Shown: piece after piece, positions 55,588 to 64,000 of the stretch
Layout: the number at the start of each line of letters is the position of its first letter
Position numbering within the stretch: the stretch's first letter is position 1
IMG/VR virus record: IMGVR_UViG_3300005613_000006
Coordinates: 108,879 to 172,878 of that record
DNA: 64,000 nucleotides
Origin: a virus
Strand: one strand, 5' to 3'
The notes under the pieces: generated by a model
Seen by the model: the letters and a program-made list of their open reading frames with translations, nothing else
Databases searched by the model: none
What the model was told of the DNA's origin: nothing
Program-made: the position numbers and the translations under genes

Positions 55588-56211
55588 TTAATCTTCCTCC
55601 AAATAATCAATAAGTTTTTGCAATATATCACTATCATCATTACAATGACCCAGTGTTACATTACATCTAAAACAGAGCAAGCCTCTTATTTTACCAGTTT
55701 GGTGTGAATGGTCCACAGCAAATCTTGTTCGATTGTTACCTGGATTATTGGCCCCACAACATGCACATTTGCCATTTTGCCGTTTTAACAGATTTTCGTA
55801 CTCTCGTAGGGTAATGCCAAATTCATGTTGTAATTGTATATCCGTCTTACAATCTTTACAACAAGCATGAAGACCATCTTTGGTATATCTATCCTTACCA
55901 AACATATCCACCGTTTTCATTTCAAGACACCTAGAACATTTTTTGAAACCATTACTTGCCAAAGTTCCTTTTCTAAATCTAACTTTGACCAGCTTCTTCA
56001 ATAAACATCCACATGATTGAATTCTTCCTTGTTTGACTTCATAACAACCAAGTTCTTTTAGATTACCACATTCACATCGAAACATGGCATGTTGTAATCT
56101 CCGATTGGTGTCCTTGTATCTCACATAAAATGGTTCACCTTCTACTGTAAGCATTCCAAACTTGTCGCCGGGGTGTACTGACCATCGTTCTTTCGGTATA
56201 GGTTCTGACAT
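55588..56211 (-). CDS. endonuclease VII-family homing endonuclease
   Basis: GIT..EY..L...Q.G.C..C, AVDH.H.TG.IRGLLC..CN..LG; AT-rich; promoter motif at 56253. Confidence 0.9.
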   Translation of the reverse strand: MSEPIPKERWSVHPGDKFGMLTVEGEPFYVRYKDTNRRLQHAMFRCECGNLKELGCYEVKQGRIQSCGCLLKKLVKVRFRKGTLASNGFKKCSRCLEMKTVDMFGKDRYTKDGLHACCKDCKTDIQLQHEFGITLREYENLLKRQNGKCACCGANNPGNNRTRFAVDHSHQTGKIRGLLCFRCNVTLGHCNDDSDILQKLIDYLEED

Positions 56212-56464
56212 GAAAAAATCTCCTCAACTTTGATGTTAATACTGACTAATGTATTATACACCAAAATTTAGAAGATTATCAGAAAAAATCTATTTTCGTC
56301 CAAAATACGAAAGTCATATCTCCATCCTTCCGACTAGAGTTCGGAATGGGGCGAGCAGCCGAAAAACAGACAGGGGTGGCCACTCGCCCCTAAGTCAAAA
56401 ATTCTGGGCGAATCAAGTCGCCCGCCTGCAATGAGTCCTTAGTATAGCACGGCGTTTGAAAAAG

Positions 56465-56881
56465 TCAAGCTGGTTTTCGAGAAATTCTTTCGCGGTTTTC
56501 GTCCCACTCTCGCTTAGTATACCCGAGCCCCACCATCGTGGCATTCAACGCTTTGACACACTTGGCCTTCGTCTGTTCATCTTCCCAGTGTTCAATCGAC
56601 GGATACTTCCGTATTCCTGGCGCGTTGCGTTTGAACTCTGTGATGGCGTCGTCAAGGTCGCGCCGGTCGGCCATGCCCCACTCTGGTTCTTTCAGGAACA
56701 GATGGAGCAGCCAACCAAAGGCGGTTCGTTTGCCGTCCTTCTCATAGTTGTCGGAGTCAATCAGAATATGGTCCTGCTTGAACACCGGCACCGTGGCAGG
56801 CCAGCTATTCCTCGTCTTCTTCTTCTTTGCCATCATCCCTTCTCTTACTGGTCTTCCAGGAACAGTTGTAATTATAAACAT
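56465..56881 (-). CDS. hypothetical protein
   Basis: ORF in the early-gene run. Confidence 0.6.
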   Translation of the reverse strand: MFIITTVPGRPVREGMMAKKKKTRNSWPATVPVFKQDHILIDSDNYEKDGKRTAFGWLLHLFLKEPEWGMADRRDLDDAITEFKRNAPGIRKYPSIEHWEDEQTKAKCVKALNATMVGLGYTKREWDENRERISRKPA

Positions 56882-57134
56882 CCATGCTGATTACCTCGAT
56901 TGGTTTGCCTCGGTAGGTCACCGTAAACTCAAGGTCTTCGGCCAGGGTTTCTTGCGGCCCTGCGTCTGTCTCGAAACACTCAAGATGTACATGAAGACAG
57001 GCTTCGTTGACGGTATCCTTACGACCAAGGGCACGTCGAGTAATGTCTTTGATAGTGCTGCCATCGGCTTTATCATCATTTGCCCGCTCAACAATCTCTT
57101 CCAATAACTCTGTCATAACTGCTTTAGTTGGCAT
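56805..57134 (-). CDS. hypothetical protein
   Basis: 109-aa ORF. Confidence 0.6.
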   Translation of the reverse strand: MPTKAVMTELLEEIVERANDDKADGSTIKDITRRALGRKDTVNEACLHVHLECFETDAGPQETLAEDLEFTVTYRGKPIEVISMDVYNYNCSWKTSKRRDDGKEEEDEE

Positions 57135-57615
57135 GTGTTTTTTCCAACTGATGTTTCAGGTGGGCTTTGCCACGGTACACCCGCGACAACACCGTACCCA
57201 AGGGTATGTTCAATCTGTCTGCTGTCTCCTGATGCGTGTAGCCATCGACCACAACCGACCACACGCACTCCCTTATTTCTGGTGTTAAAGCGTCCAGAGC
57301 CGCCTTCATGTCGTCCCCATACGGCTCTCGCGGCACATGAACCACGGCGACGTAGTGTCTATCCATTTCGCCGGTCGCCGTCGTCTTCTCCCTTACGTTA
57401 TATGGCTTTCGCCAGTAGTCAACCCAGCGACGATACACCACCTTTTGCACGAATGCCCGCCACACCGTCCCATCAATCTTGGTAGGAACTCTTATCAGAG
57501 ATAGCATTGCGTCCTGAGCTAGGTCTTCCGCCAACTGGACTCGGCCTTTGGTCAGGCCCAAGGCATATTGATATGCGTATACACGCATCTGCTCCCATTG
57601 TTCTTCACTTGTCAT
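57124..57615 (-). CDS. ECF-type sigma factor
   Basis: AEDLAQDA, D.WRK, G.T..E.A..L.IP.GTV.SR..RG. Confidence 0.9.
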   Translation of the reverse strand: MTSEEQWEQMRVYAYQYALGLTKGRVQLAEDLAQDAMLSLIRVPTKIDGTVWRAFVQKVVYRRWVDYWRKPYNVREKTTATGEMDRHYVAVVHVPREPYGDDMKAALDALTPEIRECVWSVVVDGYTHQETADRLNIPLGTVLSRVYRGKAHLKHQLEKTHAN

Positions 57616-58006
57616 TTTTCCACTTTTTGTAAAGCTCCACCAGCTTCTCGGTAGCATCACATTGATATTCTACTGTGAATGGTTTCCCATGTACTGGATA
57701 GCATGTTATCACGGTGTTGTCTGCGGGCTCATACTCTTCCCCACACTCAGAGTTGTAATGGTCCCAGTATTCTCTCTGGTGATGATACGTACCAATGAAG
57801 GCCCAATAGTCAATCCTTGCTCTCTCGCTGTGTTGTCGCAACTCGACAGTGGCCCACTTAGTTTCTGTGGCTCCATGTGCATACCACTCGCCGTTCTCAT
57901 TGTGCAAGTCAAACTCTTGATAGTCTGACATGCCTTCTCGAACACACGTTTCGGACTTGCTAGGCTGTGCTAGTAGGACGGCCATTGCCAGTATTGCTAC
58001 GTTCAT
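57605..58006 (-). CDS. secreted hypothetical protein
   Basis: signal peptide-like N-terminus. Confidence 0.6.
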   Translation of the reverse strand: MNVAILAMAVLLAQPSKSETCVREGMSDYQEFDLHNENGEWYAHGATETKWATVELRQHSERARIDYWAFIGTYHHQREYWDHYNSECGEEYEPADNTVITCYPVHGKPFTVEYQCDATEKLVELYKKWKNDK

Positions 58007-58745
58007 TTACTTCCTCCAAAACTAAAAGGCTACTTTCCTGCCCGTTCATTTCGTACAGCCAATCAATGTACTTGTCTGCTTTGTCTTCCGGCAACACAAG
58101 GTCACAACCGTTTGTATCTTTGATGTAGCTGGTGCTACCACCGCGTCCATGTCGCACAATTCGGAAGAGTTGCATACGTACCTCCATTACGAAAAAGGTC
58201 TCACTTCCAATTCGTCAGTCAACCCATAGATTTGGATAACTAACTCCGCATCTTCCTCTGTCTTATACACAGCAAAACTGCTGTATATCAGTTCTTGTTC
58301 TCCAGTCAAGTCCCCAATGCGCATCCACGCACCAAGTCTCTTATGCCATAGGCCGTAATCGTTAGACATATTTGTACCACAGTATCAAGTAGATGCCGCT
58401 CAGCATTGCAACGCCGAGTCCAGCATAGGGATTTCCGATTGTAATGAAGATGGTAACTCCTGCAAGTAGCAGCGGAACCGACCATCGTTCGTTTAATACG
58501 TGTCTCATACCGTCACCAACTCCTGTCGCAAGGCTTCACCTTCTTCGGTCAAGAAGAACACGGCTTCACGGGCGTCGTGGGGGTCAGGTTCATAATCCAC
58601 GATTCCTTCTTCGGCCATCAGAGCCAAGTCGTCACAATATACCCTTGTTCCATCTTCAAAGGTGGCCCACTCGCTTAGTGTTTCAACTAATCGTTGACCG
58701 TCACCCAGTTTGGTGATTACATCCTGCCACGGTTGCGGTAATTCT

Positions 58746-59318
58746 TTAGCATTCATGTTGCTGTAATACCTCATTGATTCGTGGGATGATACAATCTGCG
58801 CCGAGAATGGGCAGTGCCGGTTTGGGCTCAGCAGCCCAGAAAAAGTCGTTCTGAACGTCAACAATCATAAATGCTGTATTGTAGGGAAGGGCAATGTGGG
58901 AAGGGATGTCGCCAGAGTGTTGAACGTGAGCCCCTTTACTCATCAGTTCGTTGAGGATTGGATACACTTTCTCTTGGTCGGCTGCAAAGCAGCAGTCCAG
59001 TATGATGATGGGTGTCAGTTCGTTTTTCAGTGCGTCAATCACAGTTTCTCTAACACAGAATTCCAAACACACACCCATGATTACCAAGTCTGTAATCTGA
59101 TAGTCGTGGAGTAGCTCCAACAGGTCGTCGTCTTCAAATGCGGAGAAGCCATCTGTGTCGAGTCTGTGGCCCTTGTGGACATACCGAGCGCCTTTAGCTC
59201 TGTATAGGTCTGGTCTCAACTGTGCCCCCCAACTGTCAGCAACGCAGTGTTCGGAGAACTTGTCGAACGATGGGTGGCCGGGCCGATGCTCGTCCATTGT
59301 GTAGATGGTCATACTCAT
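58746..59318 (-). CDS. circularly permuted nicotinamidase/isochorismatase-family hydrolase
   Basis: D.H...H, HCV..SWGA, KG, FSAF, G...FCV..T..DA precede the normally N-terminal IVDVQNDF...ALP..GAD.IIP.IN. Confidence 0.85.
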   Translation of the reverse strand: MSMTIYTMDEHRPGHPSFDKFSEHCVADSWGAQLRPDLYRAKGARYVHKGHRLDTDGFSAFEDDDLLELLHDYQITDLVIMGVCLEFCVRETVIDALKNELTPIIILDCCFAADQEKVYPILNELMSKGAHVQHSGDIPSHIALPYNTAFMIVDVQNDFFWAAEPKPALPILGADCIIPRINEVLQQHEC

Positions 59319-59617
59319 TTCTTTCGTTTCCTTTTTATTGAAGCGTCGTAGCCCATGAGTATCAACTGCCAGATTACCCAAACGAGAATCACCATCTTAA
59401 AGACGACGGCAAGGGCTCGCCAACAACTAATCATCTTCGCCTCCAAGCCAATCGAGAACCAGCAGGAGCCCGGCTACCAGGGCGAGCCCGGCCCACCAGA
59501 GCCCGTTGTCCAACTGTATGTCTTCGCAAAGAAACCGCCCGTATAGAACGGACCCGACAATTACGGTGATGCCTGCGATGGCGATACACAATCTTCGCAT
59601 TTGGATTCTCCTACTTT

Positions 59618-59645
59618 AGTATAGCACAGAAATCGAAACTGTCAA
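59618..59645 (-). promoter_or_regulatory. sigma70-consensus early promoter (similar copies near 44399, 53266 and 56441)
   Basis: TTGAC(A/T) followed by GTGCTATA(C/A)T. Confidence 0.75.
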
Positions 59646-59770
59646 GAGCGCCGTCCTGATTTCGCCCAGGCTCGTAGGTCAACAAGCGGGTGGTCAAGCG
59701 GGTTGCGAGTTCCAGAGGTCATAATCAAGTTCTCCTACGAGAACCTCAATCATCTTTGCAATCAATTCTC

Positions 59771-60073
59771 TCATGGCTTCTCCTTCTTTCCATGCCAGTA
59801 AAGTCCACATACCTTGCACTCGGTCTCAGAATCGTTGTTACCCGAGGCGTCGGGGTGAAACACTGTCAAAGGATGGTTACAGGTCTTTTGTAACGCGCGC
59901 ATTTCCTCTTCTTTCGTTTGTATGGCCTTGGCTGAATATGTTCTCAAGTCATCAATCTCTTTCAGCAAAGCTTTGCGCGCTTTGATAATGTCTAAGTAGC
60001 TATCAATCTTAGCTATTAGACCTTCATCGCCAATTAGTTTTCGCAGCAGTTGTCTGTCAAGTTCGGTACTCAT
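59771..60073 (-). CDS. hypothetical protein
   Basis: coiled coil plus C.H...C..C motif. Confidence 0.6.
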   Translation of the reverse strand: MSTELDRQLLRKLIGDEGLIAKIDSYLDIIKARKALLKEIDDLRTYSAKAIQTKEEEMRALQKTCNHPLTVFHPDASGNNDSETECKVCGLYWHGKKEKP

Positions 60074-60304
60074 GTGTACAAATCCTCTTCTAGTATCTCG
60101 TCAATGTACTTCTGGAAGTTGGCGACGGCCAACGCCGCTCTGTCTTCAATCTCTCTTTTGTCCATTAGGTAGACGCCTATCTTCACGGTTACATCGTGGA
60201 AGTTAAACACCAGCTTGCCAATGTGGCCTTCCTCGCCTTCGGTGCGTATTGCAGGCGGGCCGTGGAACCACAGTTGCTTGCGGAACCATAGCTTCTCTGC
60301 TATA

Positions 60305-60835
60305 TCAATCGGTCTTATCCACTCCATCTTCATCGTCTTTATCCTTTTCCAGTCCCGGCCATCGCACTCCAAGGTACTTGTTACACAGCCACTCCCAGTT
60401 TTTCTCAACTCTCTTCATTTGCTTCTCATTTTTGTCCCACCATCCAATCCTCTCAGCCCATGCCACCAGCTTATTAGCCAACCGCATGAACTCAAGGTCT
60501 TCACACCACAAGACAGTCTGAGGGTCGTACACAGAAGGGTCGCCCTCAATCAACAACTGTCCACCTGGGAAGTATTCCTCATTCTTCCACACTTGCCGAG
60601 CGCGAAATATCAACTCATCCATCGTGAAGAAGCGACTCGATTCCTCTCCCTTGTCGTATGCCCCAAAGCTACCAGGACGAACATTATCTAACTTGTTTAT
60701 CCTGGCAGCCTGCGAAGCGGTCATAGGGTACTTGAGTTCTTTGCGTACCTTGCCGCATTGCAAGTGGGCATAGTAGTGTGTAGCCCCGATGGACATTCCC
60801 ACCCAGCTTCGTATGTCGAGAAAGACGGTCTTCAT
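60305..60835 (-). CDS. hypothetical protein
   Basis: 176-aa ORF. Confidence 0.65.
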   Translation of the reverse strand: MKTVFLDIRSWVGMSIGATHYYAHLQCGKVRKELKYPMTASQAARINKLDNVRPGSFGAYDKGEESSRFFTMDELIFRARQVWKNEEYFPGGQLLIEGDPSVYDPQTVLWCEDLEFMRLANKLVAWAERIGWWDKNEKQMKRVEKNWEWLCNKYLGVRWPGLEKDKDDEDGVDKTD

Positions 60836-60853
60836 GGCGATTTCTCAGGGTGG

Positions 60854-61537
60854 TTAAGGTGATACAGGTATCCTGCCCGGCTCGGGAAGAACAAAACCGC
60901 TGTTGCCATTCCATCCTTTTGGAATCATGTTCTGAAAGTTTGCTCCTGGGTCTTCGGCTTCACACAGGGCGGTTGCACAAAACAGCTTGCCACCTTTCAG
61001 TGCAACGTCTGGTGAGAAACCACCTTCCTCGCGGTGTATACCAGCGGTCTCATGGTTGGCACATGATTTGTTGAACTTACACGCCACCATACACACGGCA
61101 GAGCCGCTTTCCAAATTGGCAACCTCAAGTCTACGGAGTGGAGCAACGTGTTGCACCGGCACAGGCTCGTTGAAGAGGCCATAGACGTTGTAGCCCTTGG
61201 CCCAGTCTTCGTACAACTGCATGTCGGTTACATCCAGTTCCAACTTGATGGTCTTCAACTGTGCGAAGATTTCGGGGGCGGCGCTGACCTTCATGTAATC
61301 ACGGCCACCATCAATAAAGATGCTGCCACAAGTACAACCATGAAAGTCATGGCGAGCCCGACTGTAAATGGTATCACCACACTTGGGACAACAGATTGCA
61401 TTAACAGTAAGCATGGGCTTCTTTCCTTTCATAAAAATCTGTCGTGCTTCTTCCGACATTTCGTTAAATGTGGCAACCTTACACGTCCTACCGTTGCCAC
61501 CTTGCACAATGTCGTCTGGTTGTGGGTTTTCAAACAC
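60854..61537 (-). CDS. Cys-rich hypothetical phage protein
   Basis: CPKCGD.I.S..RHDF..C.CG...IDGG. Confidence 0.7.
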   Translation of the reverse strand: MFENPQPDDIVQGGNGRTCKVATFNEMSEEARQIFMKGKKPMLTVNAICCPKCGDTIYSRARHDFHGCTCGSIFIDGGRDYMKVSAAPEIFAQLKTIKLELDVTDMQLYEDWAKGYNVYGLFNEPVPVQHVAPLRRLEVANLESGSAVCMVACKFNKSCANHETAGIHREEGGFSPDVALKGGKLFCATALCEAEDPGANFQNMIPKGWNGNSGFVLPEPGRIPVSP

Positions 61538-62144
61538 TACTCGTTCCCCCGAATTCCTCTATGAGTCTAAGTAACGTGTCTCCGTGACACGCCTTCGGTT
61601 TGCACCAACAACCTAGAACTTTACCCTTGAGAGTATGAAGCTGTGCCAACAGCTTCGGTTGTTTGCGAATCCACGCCTCATGTTTCTCAATGACTTCTTC
61701 TCTCGTTCCATCTTTCCCAATGTGGAATTTGTTGTACCAAATGCTCGTCTTGCCTGTCCGAGGACACTTACCTCGACCTATGTACACGTCATACGGTTCT
61801 CGTTTGCAGTGGACAACTTTACCTTTTTGTGCGCTTCGCGTGTCCGGTAATGGCCGGGTTGTGTCCGGTACCATTTCGTTAGAGCCTATACGTATAACTT
61901 CGCAATCATTAGCACCGTGGTCATGTTTTTGTCCGGTGGTGTCCTGCTTTATTGCCGTTTTATGTTTTGCAATCAGGTCATCCAGCGGCTCAATTCTGTC
62001 GGGCTTGCACCACCCAATCAGGTTACTGAACCTCTGTCCACGAAAACTGCTTCGCACAATGGGAGCGCCATCCCTGATGATGCCGTCAACATCAACCTCC
62101 ACCATGCCGGTGAATATCCGACAGCTTACCCAGTATTTGGTCAC
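61530..62144 (-). CDS. DUF4326-domain protein
   Basis: VVHCK.E.YDVYIGR, GTREEVI, L.GK.LGCWC.P..CHGD.L. Confidence 0.85.
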   Translation of the reverse strand: MTKYWVSCRIFTGMVEVDVDGIIRDGAPIVRSSFRGQRFSNLIGWCKPDRIEPLDDLIAKHKTAIKQDTTGQKHDHGANDCEVIRIGSNEMVPDTTRPLPDTRSAQKGKVVHCKREPYDVYIGRGKCPRTGKTSIWYNKFHIGKDGTREEVIEKHEAWIRKQPKLLAQLHTLKGKVLGCWCKPKACHGDTLLRLIEEFGGTSSV

Positions 62145-62437
62145 TGTACCTTAATCTCAATCTTCTGTGTCATCAATTCAAAATAGGCATCGTCACCGAG
62201 CCGGTCGCCCTTACTATCGGAGCGCGACTTGATGACTTTACCTATGTCGTTGTCATCCAACAAGTAGTGGGTGGCGTCGGCTAACATTTGTGCGCCGTCT
62301 TTCGGCAAGCACTCGTCGTTGGACACGGTTACGGTTAGCATTTGGTATTCCCCATTGTTATGTGCTGCATGAAGTATCCTTCCCGCAACGGTTTCAATCC
62401 TAGTTGTACCCGCACTGCCATTAGTTCCGGCGACCAT
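62141..62437 (-). CDS. hypothetical protein
   Basis: 98-aa ORF coupled to the downstream gene. Confidence 0.5.
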   Translation of the reverse strand: MVAGTNGSAGTTRIETVAGRILHAAHNNGEYQMLTVTVSNDECLPKDGAQMLADATHYLLDDNDIGKVIKSRSDSKGDRLGDDAYFELMTQKIEIKVQ

Positions 62438-62865
62438 GCGTCGAAGAACTAGTAGACGCTGGCACGTTGTAGAGTATCATCGTAGGCGACCTCGATTAGT
62501 TCTCCATCGCGAGGCTTCAACGTCCACAACTCAGGAACAGGCATGTCTTCCTTCTCTAGGCGAAGCACTGTAACGTGCGGGTCGTATCGTTGTGGTTGTA
62601 TGTCCCACGCCTTTGGGGGCGAGCGCCATCTTCAACCGACGTATCTCCAACCACGCCTCACGCGGCTGCATATAGGCCACCACCCACCTACTGTGGTACT
62701 TTATCCTCGCTTGTGCTAGTTGTAGACCCATCTTGACACCAACAAATGAACTTCCAAAACAGGCTGGTCACGAAGGCCCCGAGGCCGATGCCTCAACTGG
62801 CGAAAACAATCCAGAACGCTACTTCCCACATTATATCACACATATCGGACCTGTCAAGTTGAGGG

Positions 62866-63261
62866 TCAGTAAAACTTCCACATTTTCTTCTTGAACTCTT
62901 TGGCGACCGACTCCATCCTTCGATAGAACGCCCGACTAGCGGGATGGTGTGGGAACACCTTAATGGTCTTGGTATTGACACGCCGACACGCAAGGCGAAA
63001 GAGACCGCGACCCAGGCCGCGATTCCGATACCTGATGTTGATGAACACGTAGAACGTAGTGGTGGTACGGTTCTCTCGTAACAGAGCCCATCCTACTATC
63101 TCCCCATCATCCAACGCCAATAGTATCCTATCTCTACCTTCTTGGTAGTCGAGATAGTCTTCCCGTATGTAGTCAGACCCACGCCAACTCAGCGACATTA
63201 GCTGCCGCTTCTGGTGGGTGGTTAGCTTACGCTTTGTTGTTGTTCTGTAGCTTATCATCAT
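62866..63261 (-). CDS. GNAT-family acetyltransferase
   Basis: IVGWA, YRNRGLGRGL (acetyl-CoA motif A), A...FY. Confidence 0.85.
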   Translation of the reverse strand: MMISYRTTTKRKLTTHQKRQLMSLSWRGSDYIREDYLDYQEGRDRILLALDDGEIVGWALLRENRTTTTFYVFINIRYRNRGLGRGLFRLACRRVNTKTIKVFPHHPASRAFYRRMESVAKEFKKKMWKFY

Positions 63262-63719
63262 TCTATCTCTAAAATGGTTTCCTTAAACCACCACCATCCA
63301 TCTTCCACTAGCCCTTGGAGCCTCATCCAATAATGCTCCAACACATTGGCAACCCTGCCAAATCTGGACGGCTGGTTAGGCATCATGTAATACCAAGTCA
63401 CCGGCCACAACTCCATATCCCACTCGCGCTCACTATCCTTGTAATGGAAGTACACCTTGTAGTCATGCTTGGGGTCGTAGTTTAGCACGGTCAGCCGCAC
63501 GTCTTTGTAACAGAACGTAAAGCCATCGTCACAGTACCAAAGTTCCTCGGCCTCTTCAATGCGCCACCATTCCAGAAATTTCTCCCATACGTCGTTGGGT
63601 ATCTTGCGTTGCCAGTAAATGGCCTTGAGGATACAGCCTAGAGCAAAGTAGGTGTACCCATCTACATCACCCCACACGTAGAGTTTCTCGGGATTACTGG
63701 TGCTGCGTATGTATGACAT
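63258..63719 (-). CDS. hypothetical protein
   Basis: MSYIRS.SNPE.LY.WGD; Trp-rich. Confidence 0.65.
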   Translation of the reverse strand: MSYIRSTSNPEKLYVWGDVDGYTYFALGCILKAIYWQRKIPNDVWEKFLEWWRIEEAEELWYCDDGFTFCYKDVRLTVLNYDPKHDYKVYFHYKDSEREWDMELWPVTWYYMMPNQPSRFGRVANVLEHYWMRLQGLVEDGWWWFKETILEIE

Positions 63720-64000
63720 GGCTAGTCTCCGTACTTGAACAACGCCCAGAATGCAAGGGCGGCGGCAAAGGCAATGCCAACAACAGCAAAAGCCTCGGGC
63801 CAACTTATGGTTTCAGCGAGTAGTAAATTTATCATTTCTTCTTATCTCTTTCTATCGCCTTCTTGTAAAGCCTATCCACGTCTTGTGGCGACAACGCTCC
63901 ATAGGGCATTGGAGCCGGTTTGGTTTCTCTAGGTTCTGGCGGGTCAATCCCTTCATACGTTGATTCTACCAACCAGTGAAGACCGTTTAGAGGGGCAAAG

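Overview
64 kb of a large (jumbo-type) dsDNA bacteriophage genome, transcribed almost entirely from the minus strand. The probable host is a planctomycete (inferred from the SSB, TatA and Pro/Tyr-rich secreted proteins). The left ~48 kb is a dispersed RNA-gene region: 43 tRNAs for 19 amino acids (no Gln seen), several aberrant tRNA-like molecules, a tmRNA, five Y RNA-like genes plus a Ro60/TROVE gene, and several unexplained structured RNAs including one of ~670 nt. These are interleaved with a glycan-modification gene set, ClpP, sigma factors and serine proteases. The window carries 16 free-standing homing endonucleases (HNH, PD-(D/E)XK, LAGLIDADG, endonuclease VII); 15 of them lie just downstream of an exact GGTGTATAAT promoter-like motif. 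The right part carries dUTPase, an AAA ATPase, rIIA/rIIB, an ECF sigma factor and small early genes behind sigma70-consensus promoters. Most notable findings: (1) the tmRNA is interrupted in pseudoknot 1 by a ~560-nt endonuclease VII cassette closed by a 25-bp inverted repeat, which looks like an intervening sequence rather than a group I intron; (2) a phage Ro60 with five architecturally different Y RNAs and a Y-like motif beside its own ribosome-binding site; (3) a circularly permuted nicotinamidase; (4) tRNA mimics with remodelled anticodon arms. All assignments come from manual motif reading; no database search or folding program was run.
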